Positions 15,633 to 27,277 of a DNA stretch of 64,000 bases are shown piece after piece. This DNA comes from Antedon mediterranea (lineage: Eukaryota; Animalia; Echinodermata): positions 2,316,101 through 2,380,100 of the forward strand of contig NC_092677.1 of NCBI RefSeq assembly GCF_964355755.1, in the 5' to 3' direction. The translations under genes were made by a program, and so were the position numbers. The notes below the pieces were generated by a model. That model was not told the origin of the DNA. It saw only the letters and a program-made list of their open reading frames with translations, and did not search any database. Every line of letters starts with the position of its first letter. The first letter of the stretch is position 1.

Positions 15633-15795
15633 AGCGTGGTTCCCACCAGCGACGCAACGCAAGGGCGTAACGCAACACAAGTGAATTGACCAATCACAAG
15701 CGATGGCTTTAACTGTCTATAACTTCGCTTGTCATTGGTTAAAACGCTTGCGTTGCGTTTACGTCCTTGCGTTACGTTCTAGTGGGAACCAAGCT
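15633..15795. mobile_element. Harbinger-type palindromic MITE family B (TIR AGCTTGGTTCCCACTAG, internal TTGACCAATCACAAGCG arms)
   Basis: TAA TSD at 15630-15632 and 15796-15798. Related copies at about 10375-10485, 13527-13665, 24030-24185, 25127-25242, 25760-25960, 26196-26319, 43365-43570, 47030-48120 (interrupted), 60230-60340, 60810-60900 and 63796-63931. Confidence 0.82.
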
Positions 15796-16371
15796 TAAGT
15801 CATGGTGGACACACAAAGGGAGAGAGGCCCAACTAGCTGATGGACACACAAAGGAAGGGAGGCCCATCTCCATCAGATTCAATCAGTCCCATTCATAGAG
15901 AGAGCCACAATACACAATACCTTTAGTTGATCATGATTGGTCGATAAAGTTTAAAGTATGGTACGTAAGACAGAATAGGTACAAGAGACTCTCAATGAGA
16001 TACTATGGAACAATATTTAACACGACACATGGCGGATACTTAGTAGTACTGTAGTACTTTACGATCTTATCAATAATAATTTGTTCAATTCATGGGTAAA
16101 TTCTGTAATACCGTTCCTACTACATAGACCATACGCAAACTACCTTCAACAACAGGCGTCACATATGACACATATCTGACACTGTATTACAGCATTTGCC
16201 TATGCTATGATAATGGCATACGTGGAGATAGCGTTTGCGTACGTTGACGTTCCTTACAGCAAGTAAACAATTATTACCCATTAACGCCAACTGTAAGCTT
16301 GACTACAGTCGTATATTTAATGTGTTAATTGAATGCCTATTACTTACTAAGTAAACAATGTAATATTATAA

Positions 16372-16533
16372 AGCTCTGTCTACACTATCAAACTTTATGT
16401 GACAAAAAAAATGTGATGTGCCCATATATGGACATGATGATGTCATATCACTACCATATTAAGGTATATTACTACCATATTTGCCCACATCAGACCCTTT
16501 TTTTAGAACTAGTTTGATAGTGTAGACAGAGCG
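16372..16533. mobile_element. MITE family A copy
   Basis: AGCTCTGTCTACACTATCAAAC...GTTTGATAGTGTAGACAGAGC terminal inverted repeats. Confidence 0.85.
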
Positions 16534-17143
16534 TTTATAAGAAAACTGAAAACATCTCTACAACTACAGTACTACTTAATTATGTTTATATGCTTTCTTA
16601 TATTGTGGTTGTGTTTTAATACATTAACATTATTCATCATACTTGCTTTTGTTGTATTCCATTTGTATACACAATGAATAGTTACAATAGTAAAATAAAC
16701 ATGTTTACGTCGAGTTCAGCTGTGATAAATGCAAACGCGTCGATTTATCCCAGTGTGAACAGACCGTTAAAAACGTCTTATTTCTTACAAAGGCTATTTT
16801 TAGTTAAAATATTTTATTAATCGTTTTAACCTATATAAACAGCTCTCCTTAATGTGTTTACGGTATAAGGCAATTTAAGTATTTTTCAATCACACTTTGA
16901 TTTCAACCTAGGCGTGTGTAGAGTGTTCCGTAACCGTTAAGTCACGGTGAGAAATTGAGAAATTTTCTGCATCTCTCGGGACACGATGAGAACGCGCGCT
17001 TGACGAGTGAAGCATACACTGAGGATATCAATATTAGAAATTAATCTGCTATCTTAAACTAAATTGGGCTGGTAACAACCTACAAAGCACACAAATAAGT
17101 AATACACGACAAGGTGTGGAAATAGTATTATTTTAGGTACAAT

Positions 17144-17660
17144 AAGTCAAATCAAGTCAAGTCAAGTATCATTTATTATCATTTGTTTTAGGAAAAACAT
17201 AGAAATTCTGTTTGCTCTGTTGGCGGAGCACAATATCCAACGGACACAACACGAACTCAAAAACAAAAACATTACAAAAAAAAAAGTCTACATCATATTT
17301 AAGGCTCTAATAGATCCTGGAAAGAAACTATTTGTAAATCGTGCCTTATTGGCCTTAATAGAACGAAATCGCCGACCGCTGCGCATCAACTGGAACATAC
17401 TATCTAGAGGCCGGATGAAAATGATCATCTTTGATAGCCACTGGCTTTTTTCAGAAGACATCTAGCATAAAAAATTACTCTTGTATTTGTAATAACATTC
17501 ATCCACAATTTAGGCAATTTTGATTAGGTCCTCTATAGACTCACAGCAGCCACGAACGATGGACCAGTACACCGGAGAAAGCACTGTAGTATTTAAAGTA
17601 CTCACTTGGATCTTAAGAAGACTTGTATCCAACCGAACTATGGGTCGTTGAATAGGAGTA
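17144..17660 (-). mobile_element. Rex1/Babar-clade LINE 3' relic
   Basis: Minus-strand peptide MFQLMRSGRRFRSIKANKARFTNSFFPGSIRALN matches the Rex1/Babar ORF2 C-terminus. It is followed by AATAAA and a (CTTGA)n tail at 17144-17166. Degenerate RT-like residues (QRP..VRL..LNT..VLSP) lie at 17560-17660. Confidence 0.75.
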
Positions 17661-18829
17661 TTGTATTGTACTACCTATGCCGATTTCCACGCAACTCGAC
17701 GATGATAATGCCAAATTATATTTCATAAATTATTTACATTGATATGCACAAATATAAGACGTCAATTAGTGTCAGTTATACAAACTGACGATAATTGTAC
17801 AAACAATATTGGTAAAGATGGACTACATTGAAAATATCGTAACGAAATACACATGCATCGCATTATGTTAGAGCATGTAAATATATATACATTCAGATTT
17901 CATGAACCCGACAGGTAGGTGAGCTAGTGCAATAACTACATACTACTGAGAATAAGAAGAATACATTCTGATGATAATCAACTTACATTACGTGTGCCAT
18001 CTTGCTTAAATACACGTTTTCACACAAAAAACAACAACAAAAGGTCAGCACACTTCTAATCCGTAATGTATAAAGCGTATCGTGCGCATTGTAGCCTAGT
18101 AATGTATACAGCGTATAGTGCGCATCGTAGCAGCCTAGTAATTCCGAGGAGAGCTAGCGAGGCAAACCATTTAACATGATCACGACGACCGGCAGCGTAG
18201 AGAACGAGTCGTAAATTTCCTAACGTTCACATACTTCGCTTTCCAATACTCAAATGTAGGAGAAACAGTCAATTCACCGGTGATACTCTCAACTGAGGGC
18301 GCTGTTTAATTGTACAAGATTGGTGAAAAATTATGAAGAGTAAAAAGTAAAAATAATATTATACGAATTGATTCTGACATTTGATTTGAAATAATGTAAA
18401 TAGCAATTATTGATTTAGTAAAGGCTGACTTTCTGATATGAATAATTATCGAGAAACGACGTAGACGACGCGATGGAATGGATAAGCGTCAATTACCATT
18501 GCTGTCCAATCGAATATTATGTTTTTTGTCTTTTCATATACTTTTCTTAAAGATATATTGTCCCCTCTGAACAAATAATTTTCTTAAATATGCCATTTTA
18601 ATTCCACATAATGGTGATTAAGTTTGACCAAAAACTGGATCGGAAAAAAATTTATTACTTGAAAAAAAAATGTAATTATAAAAAAAAATAATTGTCTGTA
18701 CGTCAGACAATGGTTTTTGGTTCAATTTAACAATTATTTTGTCCTTTTATAAGACTCTTGGTACAGGCCTAAGCGATGTTGCTGTATTATGATAATGATG
18801 ATGATGATGATGATATCGTGATTTAGGTA

Positions 18830-19330
18830 TGGAACGCCAACAACATTGTAGGTGCATGCTGCCCTGTACTAGTTCGCCTGTGGGGCTACACGCACCGTTT
18901 AAATTCCACGCGAGTTTCTACCAGAAAATATCCCAACCCACAGGCCTACCACATATTATGCAAAAGAAAAAACATCATAATGTTCATCCAGCACAGTTTG
19001 ACATGTCCACTGCCGCGTACAAGCAGGCATACAATAAGCTATTAATTCTTGACAGCTCAGCCAGCAGTCATTGAAAGGGGATAACATGCTTCCTCACAAA
19101 CCCCTGATAATAACATCCCGGCATTAACAGTATACATGACCTCTCGGTCTAAAGGGAGATACGCACAAGTTTTAAGATAAAACTGCGATTTGAAGTAATT
19201 GGTATTTCCAGTCAGTACAGTCATAAGAAGGCAATCCCCCACGAGACCTAGTATTCCGACATGTCTGCTACATATTCAAGGTTTGCTTGCAGCGCTACGA
19301 TGTGAACCTGCTCACCAATGCAGTTATGAG
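18830..19330 (-). mobile_element. Possible upstream fragment of the same Rex1/Babar-like LINE
   Basis: Frameshifted minus-strand motifs YDCTDW and CEEACYP resemble the Rex1 EN-RT linker (DCTDW...FCEDxCIP). Higher GC than the flanks. Confidence 0.4.
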
Positions 19331-20454
19331 TTCAAATCTTTACCTTATCATTTAAAAAGTTTTCTTAAACCTAAAGCTACATAATGTAATAAAGTAGTTT
19401 TTAGTTGAAACATTAACATTACCTAGAACTCCAGTAGGTTTAAACAAAATCTAGTAAATTTTACCGAATTTTTGTTTGCAAATTTGTTCAAATTTGTTTT
19501 CTACAGTTTTCCGAGGTTTGGTCCACACTAGAAAACTTTACCGATTTTTTTTTTTCAAAATTTTGAGTTGCAAACTAAAGTTTGCTTGTGTAAGTTTGTC
19601 AACTGGTCAACACTAGAAAAATTGTACGGATGATTTTTTTTTTTTTGCAAATTCGTTTTCTACAGTTTGTCGAAGTTTGTCACTGTTCCACACTAGAAAC
19701 TTTACCGATTTTTTATTCCTTTTTTTGTGCAAATTTCAAGTTGGACACTAAAGTTTGCTAGTGTAGGCTATACTTCTGCAAATTAGTTTTCTGACGTTTT
19801 TTTTTTAACAACTGGTTTGCACTGGCGAACTTTGGAAAACGTTTCTATAAAAACTCTAGATTGCACACATTGTAGACGAAAGAAAACCATGACTATATAT
19901 GTCTCGAGCCGTTTCTAAAATACAAACATAAGGGGAATGACGAACAAAAAATGGAAACGAAACGCTCAGCTTTGGTGCACACGAAATAGAAATATGCCTC
20001 TGAATCACCAATTAAAAAAAGTTGTGTCGGAACTTATAGCGGCCGGTAGAGTAATTTGTATTCCATTGGCATCCGTATCCAATTAGAGCAAGTATTCATA
20101 AAGGGTGTGACTATAGTTTAGCAAATGTTGAATATTGTTCCAATTCCAATACTTCCCATTAATAAAGGTTATTTTATGCTAATTGATTTCCTTTGGTTTC
20201 CATTTTCCGTTCGCTTTGTTCTTTTATTAAAGATTTAAATTTGTAGATACTAAAAATACATGTCACACATTGGACCGGCAGATAAATATGAGTCATATTC
20301 GTGTTTCCTGCATTGCTCATGTTAAATTAAGTTTGTTAGAATCGCAACCAGTCGAATCATTCCTTCAAGTGGACTACACCGTACTTGCTATAACTGCGAA
20401 AGTTCTAACTCTTAGAAGTTAAAACTGCGAAAGTTACCAGCTAAAACCTGCAAA

Positions 20455-23400
20455 ATGAACATCGTTTTGCAGTTACTGTTTGCTGCATTTGTAGCGATTC
20501 TAATCGGTAAGTTTTTGTTTTATTTTTAAACACCAGATGTCAATTAAATGCATTGACCTAATTGCCAACGCCTTTATCTGCAAAAAGTTACTAAGCAGAA
20601 AATATCTTCACAGGCATTTAATGCAATATAAATTACATTCCTTAATTCCAATCATTAATGGCTACAATATTATTTAGAATTACTGAAAGTGTAATATAAT
20701 GAAATTTTAATTTTTAAAATCTTAATTTTGATGCGTCCTTTCAACTAAAGTTAATTAATTATCCATATAACATTAACATATAACATTATAGTCTGTATCC
20801 TACCCGGCAAACTTTATAAAATTGTTGTTTGCAAACTCGACGTTTACACGAGATTTTAAACTAAAGTTTAGCTAAAACTCCAGTAGATTTAAACAAAATC
20901 AGTAAACTTTACCGAATGTGTGTTTGTAAACTTCTGCAGTTTGATAACTTATCACTCAGTAAATGTTAAAACTGACTTTGTTAGTGTAGACATATTTTTG
21001 GCAAACTAAATGTTTTCTGCATTTTTCCAAAGTTTGTCAAACTATGGAAAACCTTTCATTACTCGAGTTTGCAAACTAAAGTTTTCTGGTGTAGACTTCA
21101 ATCTATCAAATTTACTTACTGTAAATATTGTTTGAAATAGTTTACCTCAAAATAAAGTGCAATATTTTCTAATACTGTTCTGATAAGTTGCCTTAAATTA
21201 TCAAAAAAACTAATTAAAGAAGTATAATAGTACTCGTATAAATTCTACCTTGCCTCTTTAAAACAACGTTTTGTTATCTATAAAGGCCTACACTACCTGT
21301 AAATTATTACAAAAATACAATTCCTTTTATAATGATACAGTCATAAACTTTTACTATAAATAGCAACAGGAAACTGGAAGTCAAATTATCAATTTAACTA
21401 ATTTCTTCCTAAATTCGTTAAACCGGTCTGTTCAATCACGGTGTCATGTATAGAAGCAATATACTTTGAGGCTGTTTCATGTCAGCAACGGTAAAACATG
21501 AATACACAATGTAATAACTTTAAAAATCCCTTTAAAACTCACTATTTAAAAAACCACGCCCACGGGGAACCATAGTTTTTTTTTGAGAATGAGAAAGTAA
21601 AGCTCTAATCAAAAGCGTTGATTAGCACACAGTCAATGTCGAAAAGAGTATTGTTGATATATCTCTACTCTCATTGTATTATCTGATTATGTATATAAAA
21701 CATTTGCAAACTTTTATATATTGTTTCTACAACATGTTAAAAACGTTGGCACTGTTGAAAAGGATTTGACAAATCCTTGATAGTACCACCGTATCCCGTC
21801 TCCATAATGGTACAGTCCAAGTCAACCAGGCAATTCAATTTGACATTATATGACTCAACCGAATGATAATCTTGTAGCTGTGTGAATCCGAGAAATACTA
21901 TGCGCGTTTTGGAGTTGACATTTTACCATGTTTTTTTTTTTCAATATCAGTTTAGGTCTGTCATGTAAGATTATCATTATATGAATAATTATCATTGATT
22001 TACATCAATCGTTCGACGTATAATTACCCAGGAAGGTTTTTTACACCTGTTCCGAATCGGTTCTGTTCCGGCGCTCGAACGCCAATGACGCGTTTTCAAG
22101 CGGCTACGCGCATATATCGATTGGCGCATAGCCGCGTGGAACATCGTGAAACGATTTGATTTGCCGGCGTCGGGCTTGAACCTGTGCCGGAACAGGTGTG
22201 AAAGAGCCTTTAGAGGTTTGTTGTTGAAATAATATGTTTGTCTTAGAACACCGGAGCTCTGAAAATATGTGTTTCAGAGTGTGAATGCCTTCTAGGCTAA
22301 AATCTAAGTAAACTATTTTTACATTGCAGACCCTTCAACTGGACTTCAGGTATTTGTGACTGGACCTCAACTACCGGTTGCAATCGGAGCACAGGCTAAA
22401 CTGTCCTGCTCATTTTCCCCATCCGCTGAGGTGGACATCAAATGGTTCAAGAAAACAACACCACAATCCTTTCAAAAAACAATCGTCTTATCAAGGGTAA
22501 ACGGCCGAGTTAATAACCACAATAACAATCGCATGCGTTTTGAAGGGCCCAATGTTGCGCATATGTTGATAAGACAGGTTAAAACTAACGACGCTGGTAC
22601 GTATGTATGTGAGGTGACAGAACGCGGTTACGCACCTATTGAGGGTGTAGCGATGCTCAAGGTATTACGGCGTAAGTTTCTTTTTCTTATTATTTTTAAT
22701 GTATGAATTCATTTATATCAATATAAAACTCAAAAACATATAACAATAAAAGTATAAATGAAATCATTTAGCATAGCAACGTCGAGAGGACATTTATAAA
22801 CAATATAACCACATATAAAAATCTTCAATTTGTTTGTTTTTATTAATGTAATTCTTCATGCTTTTTCTATGTTTGGTTGACATTATATTAACATCGTTAA
22901 CAGTAAGATTTGGTTAGCATATCTCTTGTCCAGAGTCCAGATAATGTTTAACAATCAAGCGCTTTTACGAAATAGCGCTATAAAATGTCGCATTATTAAT
23001 TAATAGTTAATGCAGGGAGTTGTTATTAGACCTAATAACAACTCCCTGGTTAATGTAATTTCAATAACCACATATTATACTAATCTTAAATTTGCTACCT
23101 TTTTGATGTAATGCTTTTCCTTGTCATTATTAAACATCATAACTATTATATTTAGCTGGTCAGCAACCACCACAACGACCAACAACAGCACCAAACAACC
23201 CAAATCAACCAGGAGGCGGCGGAACCGGTGGAATGAATCCTGGAACCGGTGGATTCAATCCTGGAACCGGTGGATTCAATCCTGGAACTGGCGGATTCAA
23301 TCCAGGAACCGGAGGGATGAATCCTGGAACCGGTGGGATGAATCCTGGAACCGGTGGGATGAATCCTGGAACTGGTGGATTCAATCCTGGAACCGGTGGA

Positions 23401-24588
23401 TTCAATCCTGGAACCGGAACCGGTGGGATGAATCCTGGAACTGGTGGATTCAATCCTGGAACCGGTGGATTCAATCCTGGAACCGGAACCGGTGGGATGA
23501 ATCCTGGAACTGGCGGTGGAATGAATCCGGGAACTGGAACCGGCGGGTTCAATCCTGGAACCGGAACCGGTGGATTCAATCCTGGAACTGGAACCGGTGG
23601 ATTCAATCCTGGAACTGGCGGTGGTATGAATCCTGGTACTGGAACAGGTGGGATGAATCCTGGAACTGGTGTAGGAAATCGACCGGGTGTTGGAACTGGA
23701 CCAGGTGTAGTACCTGGAACTGGTAACTTTGGACCTGGAACCGGAGGTGGGATGAATCCTGGAACCGGGATGAATCCTGGTGGATTCAATCCTGGAACCG
23801 GGATGAATCCTGGTGGATTCAATCCTGGAACCGGGATGAATCCTGGTGGATTCAACCCTGGAACCGGAAACTTTGGACCAGGAACTGGCTTTCAACCTGG
23901 AATGGGACCGGGAATGACAACAAGGAGACCAGGGTTCGGCGCTGGTGGACGCTTCACTGATCAGATACTATACGGAAGAGATCCTATTAACCCTACAGCG
24001 GCTTACAGCCGAAAACGTAAGTTACTATTATGCGTCACTAGAGACGCGCAACGCAAACACGAACGCGCAACGCAAGCGAGTTGACCAATAACAAGCCACT
24101 GTTTGAATAATCCATCACTTGTGATTGGTCAAATCACTTGCGTTGCGTTGCGTCCTTGTGTTGCGTCGCTAGTGGAAACAAAGCTTTATTAATTTACGTT
24201 GACTTAAATCATTGATATATATTCGATGTATTTATCTACTACAACTTTATTGTTTAATTTTTGTTATTTACTGACAACAAACCGTATAAAAATGATAGCA
24301 AACATACATCATATTTTTTGTAACATACTAATAATTTTTTTTTTTTAGCATTCTATGACGAAAATGCGGGTAAGTTCTTTCATTTCTTATAGACATTTTA
24401 AACATGATATTGTATTTAAAAGTTGTAGGCCTACAATACAAGCTCGTTTAATAACATTTCCGCGTTTCCGATATACTGTACAAAACAATGCACTAAATAA
24501 GTAAATCAATTTCTTTGCAGGTATGAATGTTCGACCAGTTCTACTTCTTGTGACATTACTGCTTATTGTTGGTGGCGCCCTTGTGTAA
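20455..24588 (+). CDS. Uncharacterised cell-surface protein: signal peptide, one V-set Ig domain, Gly/Pro/Asn/Thr repeat region and GPI-anchor signal (447 aa, 5 exons)
   Basis: Exons 20455-20506 (MNIVLQLLFAAFVAILI), 22330-22671 (Ig: KLSCSF, IKWFK, DAGTYVCEV), 23156-24016 (26 x [M/F]NPG units), 24349-24369 (PFYDENA) and 24521-24588 (GMNVRPVLLLVTLLLIVGGALV*). All introns are GT-AG and phase 1; total 1344 nt with no internal stop. Confidence 0.88.
22034..22209. mobile_element. Harbinger-type MITE in intron 1 of the Ig-repeat gene
   Basis: AGGTTTTTTACACCTGTTCCG...CGGAACAGGTGTGAAAGAGCCT inverted termini. Confidence 0.65.
23013..23048. mobile_element. 36-bp palindrome (17+2+17) with 7-bp TSD: putative P-superfamily excision footprint
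   Basis: GTTAATG-CAGGGAGTTGTTATTAG-AC-CTAATAACAACTCCCTG-GTTAATG. Confidence 0.7.
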
Positions 24589-26195
24589 TACGCTCGAGCT
24601 GTTTTGTTTTTTATTTTTTTTTGTATTTCATGTACAAATAGTAAATAACCTATCTAATGTGAATTTATTAGTAACTTACGGCCCCTATGCCTTGCGTTTA
24701 AATAACATACCAAATGTTAGCCTATCTAGCTTAATGTGAATAGTGTATTGTATTTTTCTCTACTTATTGCCCAGGTATTATGTTCAAATAGCCTGAATAA
24801 TGTTTCTATCCCTTTACTACGCCTAGCAGGCCTGGATGATGTATTATGTTTAGGTTTGACACCAGAATATTAAGTTGACGCACGAGCCTGTGTACGCGCG
24901 CGTACCTTTTGTCTTTTTACTGTTAGAAACAATACGGTGATACGAATTAAAATAGATTATTTCTTAGGCTTATTGTTAAAGAAAGTAATTGGAATTCTTT
25001 TTGTTTTCTGTAGCTAAACAATTTATCCATGACACAGTTGTCTATAATTGTCAACAATTATTTAATATTATTTTGACCTTAGATGAGATGCTGTATATGT
25101 AAATAATATCAAAGAATTCATGCATAAGCCTGGTTCCCACTAGAACGCAACGACGTAAGCGCAGCGCAAGTAAATTGACCAATCACGACGCATTGTGATT
25201 CGCCAAACTACTTGCGCTGTGTCCTATAGTGGGAACCAAGCCTTATTCGTGTACAGTTTTAGGGTTTGTACGGCATTTCATGTATCTTTGTATTGGGACA
25301 CGTGCCAATTATGACAATTACTCATCGCTACAAGTCTGTCTCTGATTGGCTACTCCTAATCACACACCCACACACACATCGACAGATGACCCAACTAGTT
25401 AAAGAAGTTTCCTGCAAACCATATTTGATTTTAAAAATAGCTGGCTATAATCTGTTAGTATCTAATAAGATAACTATTATAACAGAAGGTATACCACAAG
25501 GTATGTATAGAAATATACGGAAGGTACTAAAATTAAATATTGTTTAATTTTTCAGTATAATAATCTTGATTCGTATACCTTAAACAGGAAGAACATTCGT
25601 TTTTGCAGTATATTACTACGAGTTGTATTATTTACAATAAAAATGTAGAAATGTCAAACATATTATACTTTGTTTATGTCTGTTTCATCCAAGTACGTAG
25701 GCCTAATGTCCCCATCGTAATTTACATTCAGAATTTTAAATGCATTTGTTCAAGCTATGAAGCAACGCAAGGACCAATGACAACCGACAGTTCGAATAAT
25801 CCATCGATTGTGATTTATCACGTCCTTGCGTTACGTCTCTAGTGGCAACGCAAGTGAATTTATCCAATCACAAGCGACGAAAGTTTGGATGATCCATCGT
25901 CGCGCCGTGATTGGTCAAACTACTTTCGTTACGTTCTTTCGTTTTGTCATAGTGTGGAAATTAGCAGCATGTGGGATTTCACGTGATCAAACCAGGGAGT
26001 TGTAACTCCCTGATCAAACTATTTTCATTCTAAATTTATATATAATTTACATTTTTAGTTATTCTGATTGTAATCGATTCGTTCATGAGGTCGTACCCAC
26101 ACTGGTTAAGGATACTATATAATACATGATCGACTTGTTCTATATTTGGTACTGTAGGCTTATCTATTTTTACGTTCACCTCAAAATATCGTTTA

Positions 26196-26319
26196 AGCTT
26201 GGTTCCCACACGTAACCAGGTGAGTTGACCAATCAGAAGGCACAGTTCGTATGATTCATCGCGTCGTTGCGGTGCGCGTACGTTCTCGCGTTGTGTCGTC
26301 TCCTAGTGGGAACCAAGCT
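26196..26319. mobile_element. MITE family B copy
   Basis: AGCTTGGTTCCCAC...GTGGGAACCAAGCT inverted termini. Confidence 0.8.
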
Positions 26320-26882
26320 CTAATTTAAACAACCTACTTTTGTCTTATTACAGCTTTACGAATAATTAATTTAATTTCCTTTGATTATGTTTAATTATAT
26401 TTGACTAAACAAAGATAACGCGTGACCCGGTGTTTAATTGTTTCTTGTCAACGATGATTCATACACATAAACAGCATAACATTTGTATTTTGTCTTAATT
26501 ATTTTCAATTAAGTTTATACTTAACGATTGAGAACAGCTAACAAGGTCGATTTAATAAATGTAATTGAATGTATAATGGGCATTTTCCCTTTCCATTAGT
26601 GCAATAACTATTAGGCATGCGCAGTAGAGGTGTAACCTGTGGCAAACAAGGTTGAATGCATTAAGAAGTGACGTTTTTGAAGTGCTTAACTTAATTACAA
26701 ATGGCCGGCAAAAATTAGCGAAAACAATCAAAATAGAACAAACAGCCAGACTGCATACTTCCTTACATATCAGTGTGTCATGTGACGTTGTTGTCGATTG
26801 GTCAATTGACGGACAATAACCGATCAAACTCACAGTTTGATGGACTAAAGTATCAACACCAAAACAAGAGGGTCAATGGTAA

Positions 26883-27006
26883 AGCTCTGTCTACACATCA
26901 AATTTGTTTGACAAAAAGTGTCCAAATATGGTAGAGGTACGACATGTGCATATATGCACACATTACATTTTGTAGTCACATAAAGTTTGATAGTGTAGAC
27001 AGAGCT
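26883..27006. mobile_element. Harbinger/Tourist-type MITE family A (TIR AGCTCTGTCTACAC)
   Basis: TAA-AGCTCTGTCTACAC...GTGTAGACAGAGCT-TAA. Other copies at about 2669-2829, 7378-7527, 16372-16533, 29269-29429, 42906-42985, 49115-49257, 49280-49450 and 56506-56626. Confidence 0.85.
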
Positions 27007-27040
27007 TAAGTGTAGGTTCCGCATGTGGACAGACGAACGG

Positions 27041-27277
27041 GCGCTGGTTGGTGGCATCACTCGACAAGAAGGAACTCTTACAGGGGAGTAGAAAGTCGTG
27101 GCATGTGTCATACACACCTGCGCTGGTTGGTGGCATCACTCGACAAGAAGGGACTCTTACAGGGGAGTAGAAAGTCATGGCATGTGTCATACAAACCTGC
27201 GCTGGTTGGTGGCATCACTCGACAAGAAGGGACTCTTACAGGGAGTAGAAAGTCGTGGCATGTGTCATACAAACCTG
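27041..27277. repeat. 79-bp unit repeated 3 times
   Basis: Near-identical units start at 27041, 27120 and 27199. Confidence 0.95.

Noticed and set aside
23121-23895. Long alternative-frame and antisense ORFs over the repeat exon (RWIQSWN, PPVPGLN and SRIEST repeats)
   Set aside because: By-products of a 21-nt repeat lacking stops in several frames. Only the GTGG(M/F)NP frame fits the splice phases and shows third-position variation.
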